A stretch of 64,000 nucleotides of DNA from an uncultured delta proteobacterium (GTDB lineage Bacteria > Desulfobacterota > Syntrophia > Syntrophales > UBA2185): contig CAVOID010000004.1 in NCBI GenBank assembly GCA_963695875.1, positions 96,001 to 160,000 on the forward strand, written 5' to 3'. The position numbers and the translations under genes were made by a program. Shown in pieces: positions 11,674 through 21,253 of the stretch (position 1 is the stretch's first letter; every line of letters starts with the position of its first letter). The notes beneath the pieces were generated by a model. It worked only from the letters and a program-made list of their open reading frames with translations, searched no databases and had not been told where the DNA came from.

Positions 11674-12492
11674 CTATCTCGTTTCTTTCAAGGGTTCGTT
11701 CATGCTGCCCATCCTGTAACCCTGAAGATCCAGGGTGACATACGTATATCCTAGGGCCTTGAATTTTTCCATGATCTTTTTTGATATCTTCTCGTCAAGG
11801 AACATGGGCATATCCGCACGCGGCACCTCTATCCTGGCAATGTTATCGTGGTCTCTGACTCTCAATTGCCGTATTCCGAGGTCTGCCAGGAATTCCTCCG
11901 CCCTGGCAACCCGCGAGACCTTCTCTCTGGTTATTTGCGTCCCGTAGGGAAACCTTGATGACAGGCAGGGAAGGGGGGGCTTGTCCCACGTGGGGAGATT
12001 CATTTCTTTCGATAGTGCCCTGATTTCATCCTTTGTGAAGCCGGCTTCCTTGAGCGGGCTTCTGACGTGGAACTCTGCGGCCGCCCTCATCCCCGGGCGG
12101 AAGTCCTTCTCATCATCACAATTGGAGCCGTCTATCACATAGTTTAAGCCATGTTCCTTTGCCAACGCGAAAAGCTTGGTAAAGAGTTCCGTCTTGCAGT
12201 AGTAGCATCTCTCCGGGGAGTTGGATGAGAAATTTGGATCGTCCAATTCATTCGTGTTTACAACCACGTGCTTTGCGCCGATTGATTCGGCATTTTTCTT
12301 GGCCTCATGGAGCTCCCGTGGTGTGTATGTCTCTGAACATGCTGTTACGGCTATCGCCTTGTCACCCAAAACGTTTGAGGTAACTTTGAGCAGAAATGTG
12401 CTGTCCGTGCCCCCGGAGTAGGCGACAAGGACGCTCTGCATATCAGCCAGTATCTTTTTAAGTGATTTCAGTTTTGATGAAAGTTGCGTCAT
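11674..12492 (-). CDS. larE: ATP-dependent sulfur transferase LarE
   Basis: PP-loop AYSGGTDS; RCYYCK; DFRPG; PCLSSRFPYG; RVRDH; TLDLQGYRMGSMN. Confidence 0.9.
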   Translation of the reverse strand: MTQLSSKLKSLKKILADMQSVLVAYSGGTDSTFLLKVTSNVLGDKAIAVTACSETYTPRELHEAKKNAESIGAKHVVVNTNELDDPNFSSNSPERCYYCKTELFTKLFALAKEHGLNYVIDGSNCDDEKDFRPGMRAAAEFHVRSPLKEAGFTKDEIRALSKEMNLPTWDKPPLPCLSSRFPYGTQITREKVSRVARAEEFLADLGIRQLRVRDHDNIARIEVPRADMPMFLDEKISKKIMEKFKALGYTYVTLDLQGYRMGSMNEPLKETR

Positions 12493-12627
12493 AATCCGCC
12501 ATCTAAAAAACCCCCTGTGCAAAGGGGGAGCAGGATGATTTTTACATATTTACTATCATGCTGCCATTTATCATTTTCGGCAGAAGGTTGTCAACATGTG
12601 GGACCTCAACTATATGGTCGCTATAAA

Positions 12628-13077
12628 TCACTTGTAGTATCCGCAGATAATGATCACGTCCCCGACTCTTTCAAAAAAGGTTGACTTCTTCTCTATCTTC
12701 TTAGTCAACGGATTAGTCCATTTATAGTCCCTGCTTCCCCTGTTCTTTGGCTTTGTATCTTCAATAATGGCTTTGATGAATTCTTTGCCGTCGGCATCTT
12801 TGAGATTGATCATGTGCTGTCCGATCAGCTTGGCGTCGCCGCCGTGGGCGAGGATGTCGCCGTTGATGTCGATCACGTAGATATAAAGATCACTATGAAC
12901 AAACTTACCCTTGGTGTTGTTAAATGCGGCAAAGGCCTTGTCCTTGCCATTTGCCGTGTAATAGGCAACCGCCCTGTCCAGCAAGGCTTTGGCTTCATTT
13001 GCCTTTCCTTTTTCCTCTGCGTAGGTGAAGCTGACACATAGGAACCCGATAAAAATTGCCATCAAGACCTTTTTCAT
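12628..13077 (-). CDS. Secreted single Cache-domain protein
   Basis: Signal peptide; GKDKAFAAFN...DLYIYV...AHG...LKDADGK...YKWTNP...CGYYK pattern. Confidence 0.8.
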   Translation of the reverse strand: MKKVLMAIFIGFLCVSFTYAEEKGKANEAKALLDRAVAYYTANGKDKAFAAFNNTKGKFVHSDLYIYVIDINGDILAHGGDAKLIGQHMINLKDADGKEFIKAIIEDTKPKNRGSRDYKWTNPLTKKIEKKSTFFERVGDVIIICGYYK

Positions 13078-13141
13078 TATTTACCTCCTTGGAGTTTGCT
13101 AACGGTTCAAAAAAAATTCTCGTACACTCATGATCTCATGG

Positions 13142-14644
13142 TTAATCGAAAGTGTTGGGGGTCGTGGGCGGTACACGACGATGTTGAGTACTCTGTTCAT
13201 AGCCATAGGCAAGTTCAATGATGGTTCCCTCACTCCATGGTCTCCCAAGGAATTCGATGCCGACAGGGATTCCGATCTTTGCCGTCGCCGTTGGTTTTGA
13301 GAATCCGGCCGGCACTATGATGGATGGAAAGCCTGTCACTGAACCCAGGCTACCGTTTCGCTCCACCTGATTCTCACCCACAGGAACGACCAGTCTTTTT
13401 TGGTGCGGGAATACGAGGGCGTCAAGTTTGTCCATGGCCATGAGCTGCATCACCCGCTGCTGTAGATCGAGACGTTTCATCAGTCGCCAGCAGTATTCTG
13501 GGTCGCTGTTACTCAAAGTCTCTGCCTCTTTGATGTTTTTTTCGATGCTGGGTGAAAACCTCCCTGACTTGACGATCTCTGCAAGCGATTTTATTGGTGC
13601 ATGGTTTTTCGGATCTGCGAGGTAGCTGTTCAGATCATGTTTCAGATCATAGAGATGAACGCTGATTTCAGAGGTTATTTTTTCGGAATCAAGGTCAGGT
13701 GTCTGGAGTTCGATAAGTATAGCACCCATGGACTTCATATCATTGATTGCCTTGTCAGTGACCTCATTCACTTCCTGGTGAATCTGCTCTTTTCCGAAGA
13801 AACTTCTCAAGACGCCAATCCTCTTCCCTCTTAGACCCCTTTTCTTCAGGTGCTTCGTATAGTCTTTTTCCACTCTGCCAATGTTCCATGCTGTTGAAGG
13901 ATCGTCCGGATCATAGACGGCAATGACATTCAGCATCTTGACTGTATCCGTCAACGTGCGTGCCATCGGACCCGCCGTATCCTGAGTAAGTGAGTAAGGG
14001 ATGATGCCGGCACGGCTGACGAGACCCAGAGTCGGCCTGACAGCAACAATATTGTTTGCAGAAGCAGGCGAACGTATGGAGTTTACCGTATCCGTTCCCA
14101 CGCCAAGGATTCCGAAGTCAGCCGCCAAACCGACGCCCGTCCCGCCGCTGGAACCCCCGGGGGTACGTGTCGGATCATAGGGGTTCAATGTCTGCCCCAG
14201 GATAGAACTGATTGTTTCACCCCAGATGGCAAATTCATGCAGGTTTGCCTTGGCGATGAGAATGGCCCCCGCATTCCTAAGCGCCTTAGTGATGAAGGCA
14301 TCATATGGCGGTACATATTCTTTGAGAAGCAGAGAACCTGCAGTTGTGGGCATATCCACGGTATTTACATTGTCCTTCAGAATTATGGGGATGCCATGCA
14401 GCGGTCCCACGAGACCGGATTTCTTTAATTTAGTATCAAGTGCAGCCGCTGCCTCCATGGATTTAGGATTTATGCGAATGATGGCATTGAGCTTGGGTCC
14501 TTTCTGATTGTACGTATCAATACGCTTTTGATAATATTTTACAAGCTGTTTGGCTGTTAGATGACCGGAAAGGAAGGCTTTATGAACATCAGCTATCGTG
14601 ATTTCTTCCAGATGAAATTGATCTTTCCGCATTACTACTACCAC
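13142..14644 (-). CDS. Amidase signature family protein
   Basis: GPLHGIPIILKDN, GGSSGG and GTDTVNSIRSPAS (Lys-cisSer-Ser triad). Confidence 0.9.
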   Translation of the reverse strand: MVVVMRKDQFHLEEITIADVHKAFLSGHLTAKQLVKYYQKRIDTYNQKGPKLNAIIRINPKSMEAAAALDTKLKKSGLVGPLHGIPIILKDNVNTVDMPTTAGSLLLKEYVPPYDAFITKALRNAGAILIAKANLHEFAIWGETISSILGQTLNPYDPTRTPGGSSGGTGVGLAADFGILGVGTDTVNSIRSPASANNIVAVRPTLGLVSRAGIIPYSLTQDTAGPMARTLTDTVKMLNVIAVYDPDDPSTAWNIGRVEKDYTKHLKKRGLRGKRIGVLRSFFGKEQIHQEVNEVTDKAINDMKSMGAILIELQTPDLDSEKITSEISVHLYDLKHDLNSYLADPKNHAPIKSLAEIVKSGRFSPSIEKNIKEAETLSNSDPEYCWRLMKRLDLQQRVMQLMAMDKLDALVFPHQKRLVVPVGENQVERNGSLGSVTGFPSIIVPAGFSKPTATAKIGIPVGIEFLGRPWSEGTIIELAYGYEQSTQHRRVPPTTPNTFD

Positions 14645-14952
14645 AATTATGGGTTTGATTTATCGAGCTGCCTGTTTTTGCAGGGAACTGTCTCTATTTA
14701 TTGACATATACAATGTAGCATAAATGGCTGGCACAGGGAAATCACAATTTCAAGGAACAATTCCTTTGACGTGCCCTCATTTTTCTGTAGGATCAGTGCA
14801 TGAAGTGGAAAAGAAAATATATTAACAACGTTGGCAATTACCTGACATTAGTCTTACAAAAAACTCTTATTGCTTTCATGGATTAAGAAATATTAATTAA
14901 CTTAACCTCTTTACAATTATATGAGTTAAGAGACCTCAAAAAGAGTTAAGCC

Positions 14953-15606
14953 ATGCCGGAACCGGTGTTACAAGCACAAGAAATTCACAAGTCGTTTGGT
15001 CGGCGCAGAGTATTGCAAGGCGTGAGTTTCTCGGTCGCCCCAGGGACCCTCGTGGGCATCGTTGGGGAGAATGGCGCGGGTAAAACGACTTTGCTCCGCA
15101 TTGTTGCCGGTGAATTGCAGCCCAGCCATGGCGATGTGTTTCGTCAGGGTGAGATGGGCTATTGCCCACAGACGGTTATCCTGAACGAGTCTCTCACGGT
15201 GGACCAGCATCTGGACTTTTTCCGTGCAGCATACAATATCAGTGATCTGCGCCGTGCCGATGAACTCATCGAGAAGCTGGATTACCGGCATTATCGCAGG
15301 GAACTCGTCGGTAACCTCAGTGGCGGCACGAAACAGAAACTCAATCTGACGCTTGCACTCATGCACCAACCGGAATTACTGCTCCTGGACGAGCCTTACC
15401 AGGGCTTTGATTGGGAAGCCTATCTGTGCTTCTGGGACGTTGTTACTGAATTACGTGAGCGCGGCAGCTCTGTGCTGGTGATCTCGCACTTATTCTTTGA
15501 GCAGAAGCATTTTGACGTGCTGTATCGTTTGCAGGAAGGCCGGGTGCAGGTGCAGGACACAGTAGATATTCAACGGGAAAGCCCCTGTAGCAGAAAGGAA
15601 AAATGA
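14953..15606 (+). CDS. ABC transporter ATP-binding protein
   Basis: Walker A GENGAGKT, signature LSGGTKQK, Walker B LLLDEP, H-loop ISH. Confidence 0.9.
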   Translation: MPEPVLQAQEIHKSFGRRRVLQGVSFSVAPGTLVGIVGENGAGKTTLLRIVAGELQPSHGDVFRQGEMGYCPQTVILNESLTVDQHLDFFRAAYNISDLRRADELIEKLDYRHYRRELVGNLSGGTKQKLNLTLALMHQPELLLLDEPYQGFDWEAYLCFWDVVTELRERGSSVLVISHLFFEQKHFDVLYRLQEGRVQVQDTVDIQRESPCSRKEK

Positions 15607-15607
15607 A

Positions 15608-16435
15608 GTGCTCGCTTCTCTGTGGCACCGTTATCTGACAGCAGCACGGTATGCGCTTTCTGAACAGGTGCGCAATCGTATGGCGCTCTTGCTTCTTGTT
15701 GTTTTCGTTCCTACCTGGGACTACCTTTTCTGGCTCGTGATAACTGATGATCCGCTCGGCTTCTTGGTTCGTGCGACCAATTTGTTTATCCAGGTCAGTG
15801 GGCGTGATCTCTCGCTCCTGACAGCGGGGCTTTATGCCATCACGCTCATAGTGGGGTTTATGCTTTTTACCTCGACTCGCAGAAATACCCTTTTTGACCG
15901 CCGCTTAGTGCTTTGTGGTTACCCGCGGTCCCAGCTGATCCTTGCCAAGTTAACAGCGTTAGTCGCGGTTGCCATCATGGTTTCGCTCTATACCAGCATC
16001 GTGCTGTTTGCCTTCTGGCGGCCCGGCTCACTACCGCTGGTCTGGCTTGGATTTTTCTGTGCAGCTCTTATCTATGGTGCGCTGGGTCTTCTGCTCGGAG
16101 TGCTGGTGCGGGGAGAACTGGAGGGATTTTTCCTCATTATTATGGTCAGCCTTATTGATACTTCACTTCAGAATCCTCTCGGCAATCCTGTTGCCAATCA
16201 GGACTTTCTCAGGTGGTTTCCATCGTATGCTCCCATGCAGTTCGTTGTGGCAGGTGCGTTCAATCAGGGAATACCATGGATTTATCTGTTCTACTCACTT
16301 GCATGGCCGATTGGGTTTGTATTGCTCGGCTTCGCTATCTTTTTATGGAAGACTCATAAGCGGCGTATACATATTATGCCGCCCTCAACATTGGCAACCT
16401 TATCACCTGAAGATCATCCCGCAAAAAAGCAATAA
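15608..16435 (+). CDS. ABC-2 type exporter permease
   Basis: About 6 hydrophobic segments; starts immediately after the ATPase gene. Confidence 0.7.
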   Translation: MLASLWHRYLTAARYALSEQVRNRMALLLLVVFVPTWDYLFWLVITDDPLGFLVRATNLFIQVSGRDLSLLTAGLYAITLIVGFMLFTSTRRNTLFDRRLVLCGYPRSQLILAKLTALVAVAIMVSLYTSIVLFAFWRPGSLPLVWLGFFCAALIYGALGLLLGVLVRGELEGFFLIIMVSLIDTSLQNPLGNPVANQDFLRWFPSYAPMQFVVAGAFNQGIPWIYLFYSLAWPIGFVLLGFAIFLWKTHKRRIHIMPPSTLATLSPEDHPAKKQ

Positions 16436-16535
16436 GCAGGCATTAGCATCAGAAGATGCCGGCGGGCCAATGACTCACCGGTCAAACAGAGAATGAACAC
16501 CGTGAGAAATAAATATGTCTGCAGGGTCGCACCTT

Positions 16536-17495
16536 TCATTGCCAAAATGAGATCAAGGGAAGGATACCGAACCAGATAATATAACACAGAGCGAGGACTA
16601 TAATGCGGTCGATCCTGGTATCAAAGGTGTTTGAACGCAGGAGCTTGAAAAGAAAGAAAATTAGCACCAGTCCGTTGGGAAGGGCCAGCAGGAACCAATA
16701 AACAAGGGACAAGTGGATAACCTGGAAATAACCCAGAAAGACGGCCGAGAGAAAGGCCATACATACAGACCACATGGCCAGCATGGCGGCTAACCGTGAG
16801 CCATACATGACGGCTACGGATTTCTTCATAACGGCGCTGTCCGCCTGACGGTCCGGAATACCAGCCAGGGTGTTCCCCCCCAGGACAGCGAAGAAAAGGG
16901 GGACGCTGAGAAGCCAGGGCAGCGGGTCTTTCCACGGGCCGCCCTGAAAAACAAACCCGCAGAGTATTACATAAATGCTGTGGGTTGTACCCACCACAAG
17001 TTCACCGATTCCGCGGTAGGAAAACTTCAAAGGGGGGACAGTGTAACCCAGGCCGAAAAAAAGACCGACAAGAATTAAGAATGCGACTGCACTCTGAGAA
17101 CCGTCGGCGCTGATTTTCACCAGGAAATAACTTATTATCGGAATGATTACCAGGATCACCAGTATAGCATTACGAACCTGAGAGAAACTAAGCTTCCCTT
17201 CCACGAGAACCCTCGTGCCGCCTGTGAACATGCTGAAATTCTCATTTTGTCGATCCGAAGGATAATCAAAATATTCGTTGGCAAGGATGGTGCATAATTC
17301 AATCAGGAATAAAATGAGGTAACCGAGCAGATATGACGCGACACTCCATCTTCCTGAGGTTGCAGACCAGGCGGCGGCGCCCACTGTGTATGCAATCCAG
17401 GTCATGGGATAAAACTGAAGCCTGGCAATCTTTAGCCAGGCCAGAAATTTGCGTCCTTCTTTATTGGAAGTCATCCGAAACATCCTTGCCAGCAA
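16536..17495 (-). CDS. UbiA/MenA-family prenyltransferase
   Basis: NEYFDYPSD, FTGGTRVL, YTVPPLKFSYRGIGE and second Asp-rich IPDRQAD motifs; start codon uncertain. Confidence 0.85.
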   Translation of the reverse strand: MLARMFRMTSNKEGRKFLAWLKIARLQFYPMTWIAYTVGAAAWSATSGRWSVASYLLGYLILFLIELCTILANEYFDYPSDRQNENFSMFTGGTRVLVEGKLSFSQVRNAILVILVIIPIISYFLVKISADGSQSAVAFLILVGLFFGLGYTVPPLKFSYRGIGELVVGTTHSIYVILCGFVFQGGPWKDPLPWLLSVPLFFAVLGGNTLAGIPDRQADSAVMKKSVAVMYGSRLAAMLAMWSVCMAFLSAVFLGYFQVIHLSLVYWFLLALPNGLVLIFFLFKLLRSNTFDTRIDRIIVLALCYIIWFGILPLISFWQ

Positions 17496-17662
17496 AGGCG
17501 CTCCATCTGGATAATATAGGTAAGGCTCTTCTCGGTACTTATTATAATGGGTGAAGATAAAATGTCAAAGTGTATTCGGTCGCGGCATATTCTTATAGAA
17601 GGCCGGTGCCGTGCTTCTTGATATTTTGTGGACAAATAAATGCTGTGATGCAGATGTTATAG

Positions 17663-18013
17663 TTATGCGCCGATAAATGTTTTGATTGCAAGCATTGAAA
17701 ATCCAACCGCTCCTATAGTCGCATGTCCCAAAACCAAAGCGATGGGCAGCTTTTTCCCTCTGAGATGAAAAAGCATGACGAGCGATAATCCCGCGAGGGC
17801 GGCGGAAGCAAGAAGAATCAAATCCAGGATAAACAATCCGCTGAAATTCATGTAGTATGCTTTCACAAAAACTAATATGAACCCTGCCTCAGCAGACATG
17901 CCGTGAAATATGGCAACCTCAACAGACATAGGTTTGTTCATGAAAAATTTGATAATCAGAACTAACCCCAGTATAGCTGCCAATACTAAGAATCCCATCG
18001 AGATCAATAGCAT
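17663..18013 (-). CDS. Small four-helix membrane protein
   Basis: Four hydrophobic segments with His residues (IFHG, LGHA); lies downstream of promoter module copy 2. Confidence 0.6.
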   Translation of the reverse strand: MLLISMGFLVLAAILGLVLIIKFFMNKPMSVEVAIFHGMSAEAGFILVFVKAYYMNFSGLFILDLILLASAALAGLSLVMLFHLRGKKLPIALVLGHATIGAVGFSMLAIKTFIGA

Positions 18014-18050
18014 TTCATCACCGACCTTTTTATTTTACAACATATATTAC

Positions 18051-18119
18051 AAATTAGTCAGTTCATCGGCAGAAGGCAATGAGGATAAAATAAAAGAATA
18101 ATGGTAGGTATAAGCTACC
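18051..18119 (-). promoter_or_regulatory. Sigma70-like promoter with GGTAG-N7-CTACC palindrome, copy 2 of the duplicated module
   Basis: Minus strand reads TTGCCT-17 bp-TAATTT; near-identical to 5793-5846. Confidence 0.55.
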
Positions 18120-18232
18120 TATAGACTAACGAACTGCTCCTCATAGATCGGGAGTTTCAGAAGAATTGATATTCTCGCAATAATCTTGACACAGCGCATG
18201 TTACTTTTTTCACTTGACGATGGTGTAGATCT

Positions 18233-18259
18233 GTGTTACGCATAATAAAAAAATAACAC
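18233..18259. promoter_or_regulatory. NikR-type operator
   Basis: GTGTTAC-N13-ATAACAC, one mismatch from the deltaproteobacterial NikR palindrome GTGTTAC-N13/14-GTAACAC; weaker second site at 18261-18288; directly upstream of the ECF genes. Confidence 0.7.
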
Positions 18260-18334
18260 CGTATTATTTTTTTGCAGTTTGGTAGCACGATATCAATATT
18301 CATGTAACGCTTGCCACTGAATCTTTTTCCTAAT

Positions 18335-18415
18335 ATAGTGTCGGGCATCATTCGGATAATCCTGGCTACCGTCGTCGCAATAATAACGAAGCCTATATTC
18401 AAAAATGAAAAATAA
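18335..18415 (+). pseudogene. Probable 3' remnant of nikMN/cbiMN (last TM helix)
   Basis: IVSGIIRIILATVVAIITKPIFKNEK* overlaps the nikQ start codon as a translationally coupled upstream gene would; no start codon or 5' part. Confidence 0.45.
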
Positions 18416-19331
18416 GATTCCAGCATTTCTTCTGTCTAAGCCCTCCCATGTGCAGGATGTACATATACGAGGTGTGATCCGGGACTCATATATCGGGAAG
18501 GGTATGAAGTACCTGTCGGAGATCATAACGACAGGGTTCATTAACGTTGGACAGGAAACAGAAAAAGGGCTTTTCCGGAATCTCGACCCCCGGATAAAAG
18601 TCCTTTTCCTCATCTTCTTTGTCATTATTGTCAGCCTGAAAAGAGACATCTTCCCGGAAGTGATTATGGCATTGTTCATGCTGCCGTTGGTTGCCTTGTC
18701 ACACATAGATATCCGGCGTTTCTATTTGAAGATCATAGGGCTGACATTTTTTTTCGGCTTTCTTGTCTCCTTTCCTGCGGCCTTTAATATGGTGACACCG
18801 GGGGAGGTGGTTCTTCCTGTTGCTGTGTTACCCCGTTCATATGATCTCTGGATCTACCATATCCCGCGTGAGATCGGTCTGACAAGACAGGGTATTGACG
18901 GAGTCATCATGCTTTGTTTTAGGGTCATGAACTCACTTACCATCTCGCTTCTTGTCCTTTATACTACCCCTTTTCACAAAATCATCAGGTCCATGCAGGT
19001 ATTTAGGATTCCTGATGCGTTTCTCCTAATTATAACCCTCTCCTATAAATACATTTTTATTTTTGCAAAAACGGTGGAAGATATGTACCTGGCGAGGAAA
19101 AGCAGGTTGGTGGGAACGGCAAGGAATGACGAAGCCAGGATATGGGTCGCCGGAAGAATGGCCTACATGTTCCGAAAAACGATGTCCCGGTATGAGGAGG
19201 TATTCCGGGCGATGGTGTCCCGGGGTTTTACTGAAGAGGTGAAGATTTCCGATTTGAGCGCACTGAGAATTGTAGACGGGCTTTCCGGCTGTTTCTTCCT
19301 GCTTGTCGGGACTTTTATTTTATGGATATAA
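18405..19331 (+). CDS. nikQ: ECF transporter transmembrane T component (NikQ/CbiQ)
   Basis: LDPRIK, TTPF...IP...YKYIF...ARKSR...AMVSRGF motifs; NikR box upstream. Confidence 0.8.
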   Translation: MKNKIPAFLLSKPSHVQDVHIRGVIRDSYIGKGMKYLSEIITTGFINVGQETEKGLFRNLDPRIKVLFLIFFVIIVSLKRDIFPEVIMALFMLPLVALSHIDIRRFYLKIIGLTFFFGFLVSFPAAFNMVTPGEVVLPVAVLPRSYDLWIYHIPREIGLTRQGIDGVIMLCFRVMNSLTISLLVLYTTPFHKIIRSMQVFRIPDAFLLIITLSYKYIFIFAKTVEDMYLARKSRLVGTARNDEARIWVAGRMAYMFRKTMSRYEEVFRAMVSRGFTEEVKISDLSALRIVDGLSGCFFLLVGTFILWI

Positions 19332-19337
19332 GAACTT

Positions 19338-20174
19338 ATGGAAGATATTCTACGAATTGACGGAGTAAGTTATAGTTACTACGATAAGATACCCGCCTTA
19401 TCCGGTGTCAGCCTGAGTCTTTCCGAGGGCGAAAGATTTGCCGTCATCGGTTCGAATGGCAGCGGCAAATCGACCCTCCTTAAGGTTATGAACGGTCTCA
19501 TTTATCCCCGCAGCGGGAGATTTTTTTTCCAGGGGAGGGAGGTTTCTGAAGGCTCGCTCCGTGATAGGGCATTTCTGAGATTGTTCAGAAGCAGCGTGGG
19601 TTATGTCTTTCAGAATTCCGATGTTCACCTCTTCTGCCCCTCTGTTCTGGATGAAATGATGTTCGGCCCTTTGCAGTTGGGGTTTTCCGGCGATGAAGCC
19701 AGTCAGCGGGCCAAAGACGTAATGGAAATGCTGGAGATAGCGCACCTGCAGGATCGTCCCTCTTATATGCTGTCAGGAGGGGAAAAAAAGAGGGTGGCCA
19801 TTGGTTCCGTTTTAACCATGAATCCCGGTGTCCTGCTCCTCGATGAGCCGATGAGCGGTCTGGACCCGAGAACGAGAAGCTTCTTGATCGAGCTGATGGT
19901 TCTTCTTAATAATGCAGGCAAAACCCTCGTGATAGCGACGCATGACCTCTCTCTTATCAGTGAACTGCAGTGCCGGGTTGCTGTTCTTTCGGAGGATCAC
20001 TGCTTGGAGAAGATCGGGACTGCCGATGAAATATTACAGGATGAAGACCTGCTGTTAAAAGTCAATCTTATCCACGAGCATATTCATTACCATGGGAATA
20101 AGGCCCATGTACATCTCCATTCCCATTATCTGTTTCATCGTCATGACCCCAAAAACGGCAATGCCGATCATTAA
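19338..20174 (+). CDS. nikO: ECF transporter ATPase (NikO/CbiO) with His-rich C-terminus
   Basis: GSNGSGKST, VFQNSD, LSGGEKKR, LLLDEP; tail HEHIHYHGNKAHVHLHSH. Confidence 0.85.
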   Translation: MEDILRIDGVSYSYYDKIPALSGVSLSLSEGERFAVIGSNGSGKSTLLKVMNGLIYPRSGRFFFQGREVSEGSLRDRAFLRLFRSSVGYVFQNSDVHLFCPSVLDEMMFGPLQLGFSGDEASQRAKDVMEMLEIAHLQDRPSYMLSGGEKKRVAIGSVLTMNPGVLLLDEPMSGLDPRTRSFLIELMVLLNNAGKTLVIATHDLSLISELQCRVAVLSEDHCLEKIGTADEILQDEDLLLKVNLIHEHIHYHGNKAHVHLHSHYLFHRHDPKNGNADH

Positions 20175-20354
20175 TGTCTATTATACTGCAGTGCTTTGAA
20201 AATCTCTTCCAACTCCCTTTACCAAAGGGAGGGGATGTAGGGAAGAAGGATAAATGGGGATTTATGACGAAGGTTGGATTTATTGAGGTCTGAGATTACT
20301 TTTTTCTAAAGATTAAATTGCTACTTAAATTTCTCAATAATAGGGGAGGTTCTC

Positions 20355-20817
20355 TCACAGAACCTGAAAGCATGTATCGATGTATGCTAAAAAGTTGGAT
20401 TCCTCTGTAAGAAGAAGGAAAAGAGCAGCGGACAGTTTCAAGAGTTTAATATCCTTGTAATCTTTATTTTCTGCTGCACTTTTTATTTTGGTTTTGCTTA
20501 AGGAAAAGATATTGCTGTAATTATCAAGAAACGCTTCTAAGTCATGTTCCAGCTTATCAAATTTTTCCAGGAGATCTTTTGCTTCCGGCGTTAAATGCAT
20601 TCCCTTGCCCTGCCCGTCTGAGCAGGTTAATTTTACACCCAGCCTTGCTTCTGAGGCCTTCAGCCTTCCCCAGGCGGCCCGGTACGACATGTTCAATTTT
20701 TTTGCCGCCCCATAGAGGCTGTGATGTTCCTCTATGGCGTGCAAGAGATGCTTCGCGACCTTTACCGAAAATAGTTTTTTCGTTTCTTTCCAGCCATATT
20801 TTATGCCTGATTTTCAT
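20355..20817 (-). CDS. ModE-family winged-helix regulator without Mop/TOBE domains (one frameshift)
   Basis: MKIRHKIWLE...IFGKGR / LHAIEEHHSLYGAAKKLNMSYRAAWGRLKASEARLG. Confidence 0.8.
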
Positions 20818-20901
20818 TTTATAACCTTTTCAGATTTAAATATTCGGTTGTTTCTAACATAAATGTTTCACAATTACCAGTAATAAAATGAGCACAAAGA
20901 C

Positions 20902-20921
20902 ATATGTCATAAATGACATAT
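20902..20921. promoter_or_regulatory. Perfect palindrome, candidate ModE-family operator
   Basis: ATATGTCAT-AA-ATGACATAT between the divergent regulator and the fdh operon; TTGACA -35 element at 20960-20965. Confidence 0.6.
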
Positions 20922-21253
20922 ATACATTGGAATACTTCGCTTTTTTCGTCCAAAAATACTTGACACTAACAGGAATAAAGTATATACGAAATCGGTCTTC
21001 TCAGGTCCCAGCAAATGCCTGTGATCTGTTTTTCAATCCACACAAACAATCATGGATGTGAATGCAAAGAATATTATCCTGCCTTTTTTAAACTAATGCT
21101 TCTCCGATCCGCTTCTTCTAAAGAGAGTTTCCATGAAGGGTGGACGATGGGTATGACTGGAAACGGTCCTGCCTCCCGTGTTTGGAAAGGAGAATAAGGG
21201 AAATATACTGGAGTTATATTTTCTAACCAAACTCTCAGAAAGGAGCACTTTTT

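Noticed and set aside
20200..20250. CCCTTT...AAAGGG(A)GG stem-loops (also about 49750, 51001, 54980, 60076) and GTAG-type REP fragments (about 9650-9727, 25917-25965)
   Set aside because: Probably degenerate REP/MITE remnants, but too divergent to delimit or assign reliably by eye
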